DNA of 64,000 bases from Eledone cirrhosa (GCA_964016885.1 OZ024741.1:33356001-33420000); one strand, 5' to 3'. Numbered from the stretch's first letter, positions 26,490 to 40,330 are shown. The notes: generated by a model not told the origin, from the sequence alone. Made by a program: numbers and translations.

Positions 26490-28157
26490 GATTGTTGTGT
26501 ATATGTGTGTTAATGTATGTGTGTGAGTCAATGTGTACGTATGTGTGTCTATATGGGTGTATGTTTGTAATTGATTGAGTGAGTGTGTATGTGTGTGTGT
26601 GACTATATGAACGTATGTTTGTAGTTGACTGATTGAGTGTGTGTGTGTGTATGTGCATGTCTGAATGAGCGTATGTGTGTCTACATGAGCGTATGTTTGT
26701 AATTGACTGAGTGAGTGTGTATGTATGTATGTGTGTGTGCGGGCCTGAATGAGCGTATGTTTGTAGTTGAGTGAGTGAGTACGTATGTGTACGTGTGTAT
26801 GTCTATATGAGCGTGTGTACGTGTGTGTGTCTATATGAGCGTATGTATACGTATGCGTGTCTGTATGAGCGTATGTGTACGTGTCTATATGAGCGTATGT
26901 GTGTCTATATGAGCGTATGTATACGTATGCGTGTCTGTATGAGCGTATGTGTACGTGTGTGTGTCTATATGAGCGTGCGTTTGTAGTTCACTGAGTGAGT
27001 GTGTATGTGTGTATGTGACTCTATGAGCGTATGTTTGTAATCGACTGAGTGAGTGTGTATATGTACGTGTGTGTGTCTATATGAGCTTATGTCTGTAGTT
27101 GAGTGAGTGAGTATGTGCGTGTGTGACTATATGAGCTTATGTTTGCAGTTGGGTGAGTGAATGTGTATGTGTATGTGTGTGAGTGACTATATGAGCGTAT
27201 GTTAGTAGTTGAATGAGTGAGTGTATATGTGTGTGTGCGTCTATAAGAGCGTATGTCTGTAGTTTAATGAGTGTGTATATGTTGTGTATGTTGAGATGTA
27301 GTATGCGTATGTATGTGTCTGTATACATGTCAAGTGTGGAAGTGTCAGTGTGTGTGTTCTGTATGTGATTCAGTGTGTGTGTGTGTGTTACTGTAATTAA
27401 GTGATTATCTTTATGTACGTATGTCTAGTTTGCGTATGTGTACATACATCCATGTGTGTGCCTGCTTCTGTTCTGTATCACTAAGTATATGTATACAAGT
27501 CTACATGAGTGCAGATATGTTTTATTAAATGTTTTTTTTGTGTAAAATATTGATACAAATGTGTATATACAAATGAGTATATACAAATGTATATATATGT
27601 GTATATACAAATGTGTATAAATGTGTATATGTAAATGTGTATATACAAATGTGTATATATAAATGTGTATAAATGTGTATATGTAAATGTGTATATATAA
27701 ATGTGTATGTGTAAATGTTTATATACAAATGTGTATATACAAATGGGTATATACAAATGTGTATATGTAAATGTGTATATGTAAATATGTATATGTAAAT
27801 GTGTATATATAAATGTGTATAAATGTGTATGTGTAAATGTGTATATACAAATGTGTATATACAAATGTGTATATACAAATGGGTATATACAAATATGTAT
27901 ATGTAAATGTGTATATATAAATGTGTATATGTAAATATGTATATATAAATGTGTGTATGTAAATATGTATATATGAATATGTATATGTAAATGTGTATAT
28001 GTGAATGTGTATATGTAAAGAGCGTATATAAATGTGTATATGTATATGTGTTTATATAAATGTGTATATATAAATGCGTATATGTGTATGTATATATATA
28101 AATGTGTATATATAAATGTGTGTATGTGTATGTATATATATAAATGTGTATATATAA

Positions 28158-28170
<13 letters not shown>
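26490..28170. repeat. two compound GT/AT-rich minisatellites
   Basis: GTCTATATGAGCGTATGT-type units (about 26490-27270) and AAATGTGTATATAC-type units (about 27555-28165). Confidence 0.85.
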
Positions 28171-28230
<60 letters not shown>

Positions 28231-28609
28231 GTATATATGTAAGAGTATTAGCAAGTTTGATATATTTCTTAAGATAGAACATAGGAGAAATGGAAGTCCG
28301 TCTGTTTGTGCATCAGTAAGTGTATGTGTGAGTTTGCTATACGATATGTGAGTGTATGTATAAGGATTATATCTATAAGTGTCAGTCTGTATGTATGTGT
28401 TTGTCTGTGAGTACATATATGTATATATATATATATATGCATAACAGTGTGTCTCTAAAAATATGTCTTTCTATATGTATGTATATGATCTGTGCTTGTG
28501 TATATATTACAGTCGCCGTTCATAGTGTACATACTGTATGTATGTATAAATCTATGGATGCGTATATATGTATGCATGCGCATGTATGTTCATGTGTCGT
28601 TATAGAACC

Positions 28610-28885
28610 CCGTTCGGTCAGGAAAATTCCCCTTCAAGGCAAGTCGCCCATGCATACCAGTCACCCATCTCCAACTGGCACCAGTGACCCCTCTCCAACT
28701 GGCACCACCACCCCTCTCCAACTGGCACCAGTGACGTCGCAACTCATTTTTACCGTTGAATAAACTGGAGAAACGGAAAATAAAGTGTCTTGCTCAGGAC
28801 ACAACGCATCACCCAGTCTGAGAATCAAGCTCACAACTTCATGATTGCGGATCAAACTCTATAACAATTGAGCAACGCGCCTTCA
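28610..28885 (-). mobile_element. SINE family B with an internal 21-24 bp tandem triplication
   Basis: Reverse core TGTCCTGAGCAAGACACTTTATTT. CCCTCTCCAACTGGCACCA-type unit repeated three times at 28656-28735. Confidence 0.75.
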
Positions 28886-29018
28886 TGTTTATATATATAT
28901 ATATATATATATTAAAATAACAGATTAATAAATATTTGCTCTACGGTTCTTATATATCTGATATATATTTATCCTTATCGAGCCCTCTTTGGATTTTAGT
29001 CTTAGAATTTATTATTAT

Positions 29019-29078
<60 letters not shown>

Positions 29079-29106
29079 TATAATATATATATAATATATA
29101 TATATA

Positions 29107-29153
<47 letters not shown>

Positions 29154-29177
29154 TAATATATATATATATAATATATA

Positions 29178-29242
<65 letters not shown>

Positions 29243-29335
29243 ATATATATATAATATATATATAATATATATATATATAATATATATATATATTATATAT
29301 ATATATATATATAATATATATATATATAATATATA

Positions 29336-29464
<129 letters not shown>

Positions 29465-29597
29465 AGGATTGGTTAGAGAACTGGATTCGCAATCGTGAGG
29501 TTGTCAGTTCGATTTCCTGGACCGGGTATTAACAATTGGAAAGACCAAGGGAAACATTGTTTCCCCGGTCCGATTTGACGAAAGTCGATCGACAAAA

Positions 29598-29651
<54 letters not shown>

Positions 29652-29701
29652 GTATGTATATATCGTGTGTGCATGTGTGATTATATATCCGTATAATCGT
29701 G

Positions 29702-30025
29702 AAGGCGCTTGGCTTTGTGGTTAGGGTATACAACTCACAATCGCAAGGTCGTGAGTTCGATTCCCGACGGCGCGCTGTGTCCTTGAGCAAGACACTTTAT
29801 TTCCCGTTGCTCCAGTTCACTCAGTTGGCAAAAATGAGTTGTAACTGTAATTTGAATGACCAGACTTGTCACATTCTGTGTCATGCTGAATCTCTCTGAG
29901 AACTACGTTACAGGTATGCGTGTACGTGGAATGCTCAGCCACTTGCACGTTAATTTCACGAGTAGGCTGTTCCATTGATCATATCAACTGGTACACTCGT
30001 CGTCGTAACCGACGGAGCGCCAGTT
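29702..30025 (+). mobile_element. SINE family B
   Basis: AGGCGCTTGGCTTTGTGG A box, GAGTTCGATTCC B box and GTGTCCTTGAGCAAGACACTTTATTTC core. Confidence 0.85.
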
Positions 30026-30151
30026 ATTATATTTATGCATGCCTATGTAGGGAAGAGATTGAGGATAAGATGATGTACCACAGGAGACAGGAATGGGGTT
30101 ATAGAGTTGTCTATGGGTTAGTGGTCTGCTTCAACAGAACCCTCTACTTAC

Positions 30152-30298
30152 AACATTACGTGATGATAGCCAATCAAAGACATGCAAATTTATGTCCCTC
30201 TCTCCTCTTTCTTCTCTGAGGATATATGATATTGCTTCTCTCTGTGATATACTAAGATACACCAACCACATTGTGTAGTAAAGGAGGTGCTGTAGCAT
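30152..30298 (-). CDS. candidate first coding exon with a signal-peptide-like N-terminus
   Basis: ATG at 30298, 49 codons MLQHLLYYTMWLVYLSISQREAISYILREERGERDINLHVFDWLSSRNV, ending exactly at a phase-0 GTAAGT donor. Confidence 0.33.
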
Positions 30299-30532
30299 AC
30301 TTGATAGCTTTCTGGTCGTATTGTTTGTTGTTTTTTTTTTAGTTTTTACTGTGTTACCTCTTATAGTGGAATTTACAAACCAATACTGATTCACTTGTAA
30401 TTTACACTGATTTTACACACGCAAACACATATACATTTATATATACAATATACACATAAATATATACATAGAAATATATATGTACAATTCTATATATGCA
30501 TATATGTGTGTCTGAATATGTATAAGTAAATA

Positions 30533-30603
<71 letters not shown>

Positions 30604-32103
30604 GTATGTATTTGTATATAGTTAGATGTATGTTTGTATATATATATATATATATATACAAACATACATCTAAATATATACAAATACATACAATTATATA
30701 TATGCATGTTTATGTGTGTTTGTGTTTGTATATGCTTGTATATATATATTTATATATATATGTTTGTATGTGTGTGTGTGAGTGAGTGTGTGTGTGTGTA
30801 TCCAACCGTCTCTGTCTATGAAACGAAACACTAATTTTAAGGGTTTTTTATTTCAATTAAAATCTTGTAACTCAATTTTAACTAAACATTTGTTATGTTA
30901 TAAATGTCATCTTAATGTAACAATAATTTCAGTAAATCCTTCCACATTCTTCATTAATTAATCTAAATACCAATTATTTAATTAGAATGACAGAAATGAA
31001 AAGTTTAATACGTCGTCCAGTTTAACACCGCTACATTGTTCTAGTGTGCTTTTCTTGAAAGTCTACTTTGTGAAAAGCATATATCGTACAGGGTTCCTGT
31101 ATGAGAGGTGGGGGGGGGGGGATCCGTTGGTCTGAAACAGGAGAGGCTTGATGCTGTTAAGGTTCCGATTAAACGTTTAACTCAAATCGTTTAAATAAAA
31201 ATTTAAACGTGGGCAACGTCCTCCTCGACAGGACGAACTGGACGTAGGGTAGGGTGTAACAGAACATCAATAATGAGAGAAGAGGCGGCGAGAGAGTCGG
31301 GTGTGTCTGAGTGGAGGTGGCACGAAAGCAGCAAGCTACAAGCAGCAGATACCACTACGGTAGCGGTAGCAATAGAAGATTACTTCCTCTATTTCTACCA
31401 GTAAAAAGGGATCATGCACGCAGCCCTTTCACTTCTGACTAAAGCTATTAAAAAAGGAAATAACGGTATCAAACATGTTCTACTTTGAAACTGTGGTTCA
31501 TTCAAATAACCCTTAACCAATTTAAATTATAGCCGACAAAAGATGAAAATTCATTAGCGTTAATGAAAATTTCTCTCTCAAAAGAAATAAAGAACGGCAA
31601 GCAACAACTATTGAAGAAACTTCAATTGCGCCCCCCCCCCCCCTTCAAAAAAAAATTGAGAGATATTCAAGGGAGTGGGGGAATGAATTCGATCAATTGA
31701 TAAAAGACAATTTTCGGCTCACCATTTTAAGTATAATAGCTAACACTTAACTATAAGTTTAAGATGCAGATGACATCTATGGCAAATTTTCCAGTGTCGT
31801 TATTTCTCATTTACTTAATCAGTGATTCCTTTTAACACAAATAACTATATATATAAGTTGTTCTGAGAGAATGGAGTTGGCTATGCTTCACCAAGGAAGT
31901 CTAATAAGATCATAACAAGACATGATACCTCACCATACCTATCTACTGAAGATGAGACTCGTGTATCGATAACTTATATTGATCGACTGAAATGTTGAAA
32001 TGTCATTAAAGCTAATGACTTTTCTCCTCATTAAGGCCAAAAATTTCAATTCATTAAATATTATTTTCGACCCACAACCTTAAATATAATAGTATGCACC
32101 TAA

Positions 32104-32189
<86 letters not shown>

Positions 32190-32190
<1 letters not shown>

Positions 32191-32720
32191 AAAAGTAAAC
32201 AGAAATAATAACAAAGCAAAGGACATAGCACATTGAAGAAATATATTAGTTTAATGCTTGAAATAGCACGAAAAGAGTATCAACGTTTCGGTCACTAGTC
32301 TATCATCGGAAGATAGTGCTAGAAATAGAAGATAAAATAGAAAGGTAAATAATAAGAAGAGGAAAGAACGGGGAAAGATGAGAAAAAAAAGGGAAAAAAA
32401 CATGTGTGTACTTAGTCAGCCATTTTGTATATATATATGAAGCATAACGGTTGGCTTAAGAAGCATTGGAACATTTGAAAGTTTAAATGTGAACGTCCCA
32501 ACGCAAATGGCCGGATAAAGTATCCCCGGGGCATCGAAAGAAATCGACATAGGTGCCTCTGTCTAGTGGATGAGGTAGATAAATTATGGTGGATAAACAA
32601 GAGAGGAAAGATGAATGAGTCGAGTATGCTTAAGTGAAGGTGGATGAGACTAACCAGATTCTAGAAAGATCACTGTAGCAGCGTTAGACATAGCAGCGAG
32701 AAGACAGTATGACTATGTAC
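32190..32720 (-). mobile_element. probable Penelope-like 3' UTR remnant with degenerate hammerhead
   Basis: Minus strand CCGATGA-TAGACTAGTGACC-GAAACGTT at 32309-32282. Abuts a (TA)n(TG)n tract. Confidence 0.45.
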
Positions 32721-33625
32721 CATATGTTGGTGTGTTTGAGAAGGACTTCAGGCTAAACAGTCGAAGTGACCTTTGATTAGATGCAGTTCACGATGTATGT
32801 ATGCTTAGTATAGCAGCACAGTTCCATATTTGGGAATAGTATTCAATTGTGAGTCTTATCTGAGCTTTGTAAATGACTATTGCTTGATGAGGAGTGAAGT
32901 GTTTTCTGCCTCTCAAGAGGTGGGATAATCTTTGACACGTAATGTTGGCAACACTGAGGCTTTGCATTTGCCAGGATTGATTCTCAGTTTAAATGAAGCT
33001 TCATATCTGATGTGATCACGAGGCTTCTATTTGCAAGCTGTTTGAATATGGGGGAATGGAGGAAGGTGATATCTTTTTATGTGTAATTATTGTCATTGTT
33101 TATGGAAGCAGTGCAGATTTGATGTTATATGTCTAAGTTAGTTGTAAATGAGTCTTATGTGCTGAATATTATGGAGATATTAACTGTGTAAGAGTGGGTG
33201 TAGTTGAAGGTTACGGCAAATAGCTAGTTCGAAGTAACGAGAGAAAAGTTAAAAAACATCAAACAGCTCAGAAAGAACACAATACAGTGATAGGATATTA
33301 GTTTAATGCTTGATATTATTAAAAATTATTTCATTGGTTTTTATTTTCAGAAACTCTTATATAAGTTCGACGCCATTTTTGGTTATATAAATTGTATTGT
33401 AATACTAACTAAAGTGTCTTGTATTACTGTATTAGTAATACTAATAGTAATACAAACTAAATTGTATTGTATTACTGTATCAGTAATACTAACAAACTGC
33501 ATGTTTTTAAACCATGATTTTACTCACCCTCCGTTCCGCATCCCATCGGTGTTACGGGCGTATTGGAGGCAGGGAAGATTTTTTTTTTCTAGATCGATCG
33601 ATAGCTAGCTAGCTAGCTAGCTAGC

Positions 33626-33699
<74 letters not shown>

Positions 33700-33701
<2 letters not shown>

Positions 33702-33980
33702 AGCGGCGACGTGGCCAGAGTGCTAGCGTCGAGAACGGCTTTGAGCCAGTTTTTCGACGCGAAGCACGAAGGCTGCGTTGTCCGAAGTAAAATACGTGCT
33801 CTAGGGAACGAGGGGACCAAAGCTGTTAGCTGGGCCCGCGTGACAGAGGCCAACAGTGGAACTAAATCCACCATCCGGTCTTTGCGAGACCTGGATGGAC
33901 GGGCGATTCTTGAGCCTAAGCAGATGTGTGAGGCCTTTCAAAGGCACTTTGCCCGACTGTTCGGGAGGGGCGGGGAGCCA
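33700..33980 (+). mobile_element. Tx1/L1-clade LINE ORF2 internal fragment within (GATA)n
   Basis: EGCVVRSKIRALGNEG..TIRSLRDLDGRAILEPKQMCEAFQRHFARLF resembles the EN-RT linker of L1/Tx1. Confidence 0.7.
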
Positions 33981-34384
33981 GATAGATAGATAGATAGATA
34001 GATTTTCCATCAATTTCGTCGAATAATGGTTCAAGAACTATGTAGTGTTTTTTAATTCTTTCACGAGACTTTAATCCAGCTAATGATTTGCAGACTAGTA
34101 GTCGTCAGATTGGACCTAATAGACGATTGTTATAGAAAGTGGCTTGCATGTTAGATCGAGACTTTGACTTTGCCCTCAATTCTTTAAGGTGGTCCAGACG
34201 GCTTAATTCGTTGTTTTTTTTTTATTGTTTTCTTTACGGCTTTTTAGGAAAATAACCTCCATTGATTGCAATTCAGTGTATTTTTTTAATGTTTCTGGTG
34301 GAATCTTTGACGCTTTCAGACAAATGTTGATTTTTTCCTTGTACATCAACCACGACTTTCCTACTTTTCTCCTTCAACTGTGAA

Positions 34385-34660
34385 TGAGTGGCGAATTCTT
34401 CGCTTGCAAAGATTAGTGGGAAGAATTGATGTCCTGTTGCGTGCGGTGTCACACCCTGAGGTCCAATCCTGGGCTCGCAGGCTCTGGTGCAGTTGGGGCA
34501 AGTGTGTACTTGGTTAGTTGGTGATTGGGTGGTCGACAGCTTTCTTCTTTGATGTTTGTCTTCAGCTGCCGCCCTGCTCAAAGCTGACTGCAGCTGTTAT
34601 GATGGTCGCTCTCCATTTTTCTCTGTCTTCTGCCAGGTGTTCCCAATTCCCTTTGATCAA
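34385..34660 (-). mobile_element. RTE-clade LINE 3' end
   Basis: WEHLAEDREKW, AEDKHQRRK and CPNCTRACEPRIG zinc-finger-like C-terminus. Confidence 0.75.
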
Positions 34661-34904
34661 TATTGCATGTGGAACTAGATATACTTGAAGATTTTGGAAT
34701 TCTTTTCTCCCTCATTTTGATGACATGACCATTCCAACTTAATCGGGATTTTAAAAGAAAGGATTCAATGCCACCGATTTTACATTTAGAGAATAGGTCA
34801 ATATTTGAAATTGTCAGTTAAGCTGTATCTACAAATCTTGTTCATTTGCAAATTATTTTTAAATTTTGTTTATACTTATTTGATTAAACCTACAGAAAAA
34901 GAAA

Positions 34905-35112
34905 ACGGTTTTAGAAAGGACTATAAATGCCATAAATGATGGGAAAGGGAGGGGAAGAAAAAGGACTATTAGACAAAGGAAGAAAGACAGTGGAAGGATA
35001 GAGTGCCACAGATTCTACACCTAGGCCAGCGCGGTGATTCAGCTGCGCCCCATTGACAAAGTGGCAAAGGCATTTCCGCGGACAATGACCAGCGACACAC
35101 GCTGCAACAGCA
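34905..35112 (-). mobile_element. CRE-like LINE 3' fragment (family of 590-1135)
   Basis: Similar to 700-885, e.g. GCTGCGC.CCA..GACAA..CCAGCGACAC..CTGCAACAG. Confidence 0.6.
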
Positions 35113-35754
35113 ATCTACAAATTGTCCAATTGTCCAAAGACGTCGCTTATGAAAGATATCAAGCTAGTTAATAAGTGATCGATAGTTTTTTTTTTGTTTT
35201 TTTTTGTACCCGATGAGGATGAGAGTGGTAGAGCACTGATGAACTGGTTGTTGTTTTATAGCTCTTACATCGATAACATGCTTGAATAACCTGTTAAATA
35301 TTTCTCCTGCAAGAATTTAACCTTTAATACACTTGAGAGAGATGTTTCATGAATGAATCCTTGTATTCCTGTGGCATAAGCTGAACCCTCCCGATGATCA
35401 AAGAGCTCCAAATACTTTTGCGCCAGTTTGTACGCCATATTTAAAGATTTCGTGTGATATGCCATACCTCTCAGGAGCTTTGTGTGATGACATTTGCTTT
35501 ATGGCATCTTGAATGCATGGTTCAAGTGACAACTTCTGAATGCCTGGTCTTTGGGGAATGGAATCAATTATATTATTACTGATGGCAGAGGGTGGTGGAT
35601 TGGTAGTATCGGTAGAACGTTAGACGACATGTTTTGCAGCATAGAGTTGCGTCCTTTTACGTTTTGAGTTCAAACTCCACCGAGGACGTACTGGAATAGA
35701 TTTAATCGACTTTCATCTTCCCCAAGAATTGCTGGCCTTGTGAAAACATTATTA

Positions 35755-35939
35755 ATGAGGACAGTGTTGCAGTTAAGAACAACTTCAAAATATTTCTTCC
35801 ATCGAGAAAGAATACGATTGTTATCAGACAAAGGAATCTGACCATCATAAAGCAGAACAGATGAATCACATTCTCAAGGGGATCAAACACCTTTTTGACT
35901 CCTTCATAGTCAGCCAATGAACTTTTCAGCCAACCCTCG
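35755..35939 (+). mobile_element. mariner transposon 3' end remnant
   Basis: Ends in GAACTTTTCAGCCAACCCTCG-TA. Preceded by a SINE A copy at about 35588-35752. Confidence 0.55.
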
Positions 35940-35957
35940 TAGGAATATCAGTGATTA

Positions 35958-36574
35958 CGAGGGATTGCTGAAAATTTGCTGGCTTTAAGGGTGTCGCGAA
36001 AGGGTAGAGCTGTTACCTCTATAGGAGAGGTAGGATCGTTGCAATAAATGCGTGAACCTGAGAGGGTAATATGTTGAATAAAATCGTAATTAACTGATCC
36101 TCCAGTATTCTCTTTTAACTGATCCTCCAGTATTGTCTTTTAACTGATCCTCCAGTATTCTCTTTTAACTGATCCTCCAGTATTGTCTTTTAACTGATCC
36201 TCCAGTATTCTCTTTTAACTGATCCTCCAGTATTCTCTTTTAACTGATCCGCCAGTATTCTCTTTTAACTGATCCTCCAGTATTGTCTTTTCACTGATCC
36301 TCCAGTATTCTCTTTTAACTGATCCTCCAGTATTCTCTTATAACTGATCCTCCAGTATTCTCTTTTAACTGATCCTCCAGTATTGTCTTTTCACTGATCC
36401 TCCAGTATTCTCTTTTAACTGATCCTCCAGTATTCTCTTTTAACTGATCCGCCAGTATTCTCTTTTAACTGATCCTCCAGTATTCTCTTTTAACTGATCC
36501 CCCAGTATTCTCTTTTAACTGATCCTTCAGTATTTTCTTTTATCCAAAGGAGGGAACTTTTCAACGACCCTTCG
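35958..36574. mobile_element. mariner-derived MITE containing an expanded minisatellite
   Basis: TA-CGAGGGATTGCTGAAAATT ... AACTTTTCAACGACCCTTCG-TA. Confidence 0.7.
36091..36541. repeat. 25-bp minisatellite, about 18 copies
   Basis: Unit TAACTGATCCTCCAGTATTCTCTTT. Confidence 0.97.
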
Positions 36575-36999
36575 TATACTGTTCAGTTTATTCTACTTTA
36601 TTCTAGACGGTATTGTGAGGTTTAAAGTACATTCGACTGCTATTTCGAGCAAATTAGGGAACCACGTAAAATATTCGTACTTTGTGTTTCATCGACACAG
36701 AAAGAGAGAGAAAGTGTATGTGTGTTTATAAATGTATAGGAGTTGTGTAGGGAGGTTGTGTATATGTATTTAATTTATATTAGGAATGTGTACAGTGTGT
36801 AGAATGGTGTGTATGTGTATGTAAATATAAATGTGTGTTAGAGAGAAAGAGAGGGACAGAGACATGAAAAGAGAGACAATGAGAGACAGAGACATAGAAA
36901 TAGACTGAGAATGTGTGTGAGGCGAGGGAGAGAGAAAGGGTGAATGCGTGTATATAGAAAGTATATGTCAAAATATGTGAATGTCGTGTTTTCTGTCAA

Positions 37000-37614
37000 T
37001 GTGTGTGTGTGGGTGAGTGGTGTGGAGAGAGTGTGGGTGAGTGGTGTGGAGTTTGTGTGGGTGAGTGGTGTGGAGAGAGAGTGTGTGTGTGATTGTGCGT
37101 GTGTGGGTGAATGGTGTGGAGTGTGTGTGGGGGATTTGTGTGTGTGTGTGTGGGTGAGTGGTGTGTGTGTGAGTGTAAGTGAGGGGTGGTGAGAGAGGAG
37201 GGAGGTGTGACATGGTGAGAATTCCAGATGTCAATTTGAAGCAAGTCATTGGACGGTAGAGGTGACGTTCTGGTCGGTGATGGTGGGGGTCGGGATCGTG
37301 GTAGGGTTGTGGTGGTGATGGTGGGGTGGGGGTTATGGGGGTCGTGGCAATGGTTGTGGGGGTGATGGTGATGATGGTGGGGGGATGTGTTGGTAGTGGC
37401 GATGGTTGTGGTGGTGGTGGTGGATGTTATGGTGGTGTCGGCTGGAGGTTGTATCAAATGGTGATGGCGGTGTGGGTAAAGAGGTGATGTGACAGTAGGG
37501 GAGGACTTGGGGAGAGGAAGGTGTCATATAGGGGCTGTGGTGGGGTTAAAGTTGGGTAGTGATCGAGGTTAAGAGGTCATGAAGACAATGGAAGTCGGCT
37601 ATCAATCAGAAGTC

Positions 37615-37658
<44 letters not shown>

Positions 37659-37705
37659 GGTGGTAATGGTGGTGGTAGTATAAGTAGTAGTAGTAGTAGT
37701 AGTAA

Positions 37706-37738
<33 letters not shown>

Positions 37739-37837
37739 CAGTAGTAGTGGTGGTATTAGTAGTAGTAATGGTAGCAGCAGTAGTAGTGGTGGTGGTATTA
37801 GTAGTAGTAGCTGCAGTAATAGTAGTAGCAGCAGCAA

Positions 37838-37895
<58 letters not shown>

Positions 37896-37958
37896 GATAG
37901 CGGTGGTGGTGGTGGTAAAAGTAATAGTAGTAGCAGCAGCAGTGGTAGTAGTGGAGTA
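37000..37958. repeat. GT-rich, (GGT)n and (TAG)n/(CAG)n low-complexity block
   Basis: Directly visible. Confidence 0.9.
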
Positions 37959-38134
37959 AGTGTTTGATTTAGATGATAATATTTATCTATCTTTTATTCA
38001 AAAGGAAAAAAAGGGCGGGGTTGGGGGACAAAAAGGAAAGAAAAGGTGATTATACCTGCTTTTACTAGCATGACGATCAACCACAGTGAGGCTCCATTGA
38101 TGATGGCTGTCTTTTATGAGGACATGGTAATGTT

Positions 38135-39308
38135 TTGACAGTATCGGTAGAGGGTTGGACGCCATGCTTTGACGCATAGAGTTACGGCCCTTTCCATTCT
38201 GAGTTCAAATCCCGCCAAGGTTAACTTTGCCTTTCATCCTTACGGGGTCGATAAAATAAAGTACCAGTAATGCACTGGGATAATTGCTGGCCTTATGCCA
38301 AATGTAGAAACAATTATCGTTAGAGGGTAAGACGCCATGCTTTCTAGCATAGTTACGTCCCTTTACGGTCTGAGTTCAAATCCCGTCGAGGTTAACTTTG
38401 CCTTTCATCCTTACGGGGTCGATAAAATAAAGTACCAATAATGTACTGGGTAATTGCTGGCCTTGTGCCAAAAGTAGAAACAATTATAGGTGTATGAATT
38501 AAACTTTGAAAAAAAAAATTGAAATAATTAAATTGATATAATTATATAGATATAAAAAAGAAAAACCGTCGGGTAGACTATCTTTAAGGTGTTAGTATAT
38601 AGATAATAAACACAACCACAAGGATATGGTCCGAACATCGCCTCCATCTCTCTCATGCTCCCCATCTCTCTGTATGGTGAGCAGATGGGGTCCCACGTGC
38701 TTGGCCTCCCCACAGCCCCGGCGGACAGAATAGTGATAGTGTTACCGCTTGACATGGAGGTGGCGTATGGTTGTTGTTGTTATTGCTATGGAGTTGTTGT
38801 TTAGCCCTCAGATCATGAGTGGTTCAACAGACACCTACAATCAGCGACAATCCATCGGTGGCTGCCCCTTCTTTTGGAAATGTTTAATAATGGTCTTTGA
38901 TTCTGGCTCAAGGCCAGTAATTTTGGGGGAGGAGAAAGTCGATTAAATCGACCCCAGTACATTACTGGTACTTTATTTTATTAACCTCGTAAGGATGAAA
39001 GGCAAAGCTAGCCGCGGTGGGATTTGAACTCAGAATGTAAAGGATTATGACTATGCTGCAAAGCATGGTGTCCGATGCTCTACCGATTCTGCCATTCTGC
39101 CAATCTGCCTCCCTGGAAGTGTTTAATAATTGTTTCTACTTTTGGCACAAGGTCAGCAATTATCCCAGTGTATTACTGGTACTTTATTTTATCGATCTCG
39201 TAAGGATGAAAGGCAAATTTAACCTCGGCAGGATTTGAACTCAGATCATAAAGGGCCGTAACTCTTTCATGCAAAGCATGGCGTCCGACTTTCTACTGAT
39301 ACTGCCAA
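38135..39308. mobile_element. cluster of four SINE A copies (two + at 38135-38487, two - at 38886-39308) around a CRE fragment
   Basis: Family A core in both orientations. CRE 3' fragment at about 38625-38735. Confidence 0.85.
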
Positions 39309-39714
39309 AATGGTAGCAACACAGCAGGATGTGGTGTTATTGGAATTGCTGTTAACCATGATTTACTACACCTACGATCAAAAGCATTCCATCCGTCTTT
39401 TAAAGGGAATGTTATTACCGATATCCAATGTATCTTTCCCTTATTTGGAATGGTAGAAGATGATTTGAGATATATTTCACTGCTATTTCTAGCAGAGCGT
39501 ATGTCTCACTTTGGTGCTAGTTGTATACTGCTTTTATGATAGACAAAGCAGTGTCCATGACCTTAGTAACCCCAGCGGGACCCGTTGGATCAAGACAGTG
39601 AATGTTCCCTTGTTGACTCTAGCAAGACGATTCCAGTTTCAAGAATGATTGACTAGACGTAATTCATGGCGAGTCGACCTGCAGTGTTGAAGGTTTGGTA
39701 ATATGGATGACCAG

Positions 39715-39925
39715 TCGTACTCTTAGCAGTGGAGACTTCTAGTGTCCTCGGCTCTAGGGCTACCTCCTTGCTCACCACCAAGCTGGCCAGGCGCAGGTGT
39801 GAGCCTCGCGAGTTGGAATGGCTCTTCCAGCGCGTCTATGGCTTTTCCAGCGCGTCTCCCTTACCATCCTCAGAGGAAACGCCTTCTCCATTCTGTCCGC
39901 CGGAGCTGTGGGGAGGCCATCATTA
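39715..39925 (+). mobile_element. CRE-like LINE 3' fragment
   Basis: AVETSSVLG..RRCEPRELEWLFQRV, with a small internal tandem duplication. Confidence 0.8.
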
Positions 39926-40054
39926 TGATCATTTAACCCTTTCTGTACCTTATATAGGATTCTTGTAGCAGAGGACATTCAAGTCGGATAAGTAGTACGA
40001 GACCGAGCCATTCTATGGAGCAGAATAGACTGTAGCAGCAGTAGAAAAGTGTAG

Positions 40055-40330
40055 AGGCGTGTGGCCTTGTGGAAAGGGTTTTGGACTTACGATCATAATA
40101 TCGTGAGTTCGATTCCTAGCCTGGGTTGTGTGTTGTGTTCTTGAGCAAAACACTTAATTTCCCGTTGCTCCAGTATACTCAGCTGAAAATGAGTACCAGC
40201 AATAGCTGCAGGTTTAAACCGTGATGGACTTGTGTCCTGTCCAAGGGGAAGTATTGTACTCTCAGTTGCTTAACGCTATGAAACCGGGATAAGCATCGAC
40301 CTTACGAGCCTTCTGGCGTCAGACAGACTT
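40055..40330 (+). mobile_element. SINE family B
   Basis: A box TGGCCTTGTGG, B box GAGTTCGATTCC and core GTGTTCTTGAGCAAAACACTT. Confidence 0.85.

Noticed and set aside
29702-29770. SINE heads as functional tRNA genes
   Set aside because: A and B boxes are present, but there is no cloverleaf and they run into SINE bodies.
36091-36541. CRISPR array
   Set aside because: Pure 25-bp tandem repeat without spacers.
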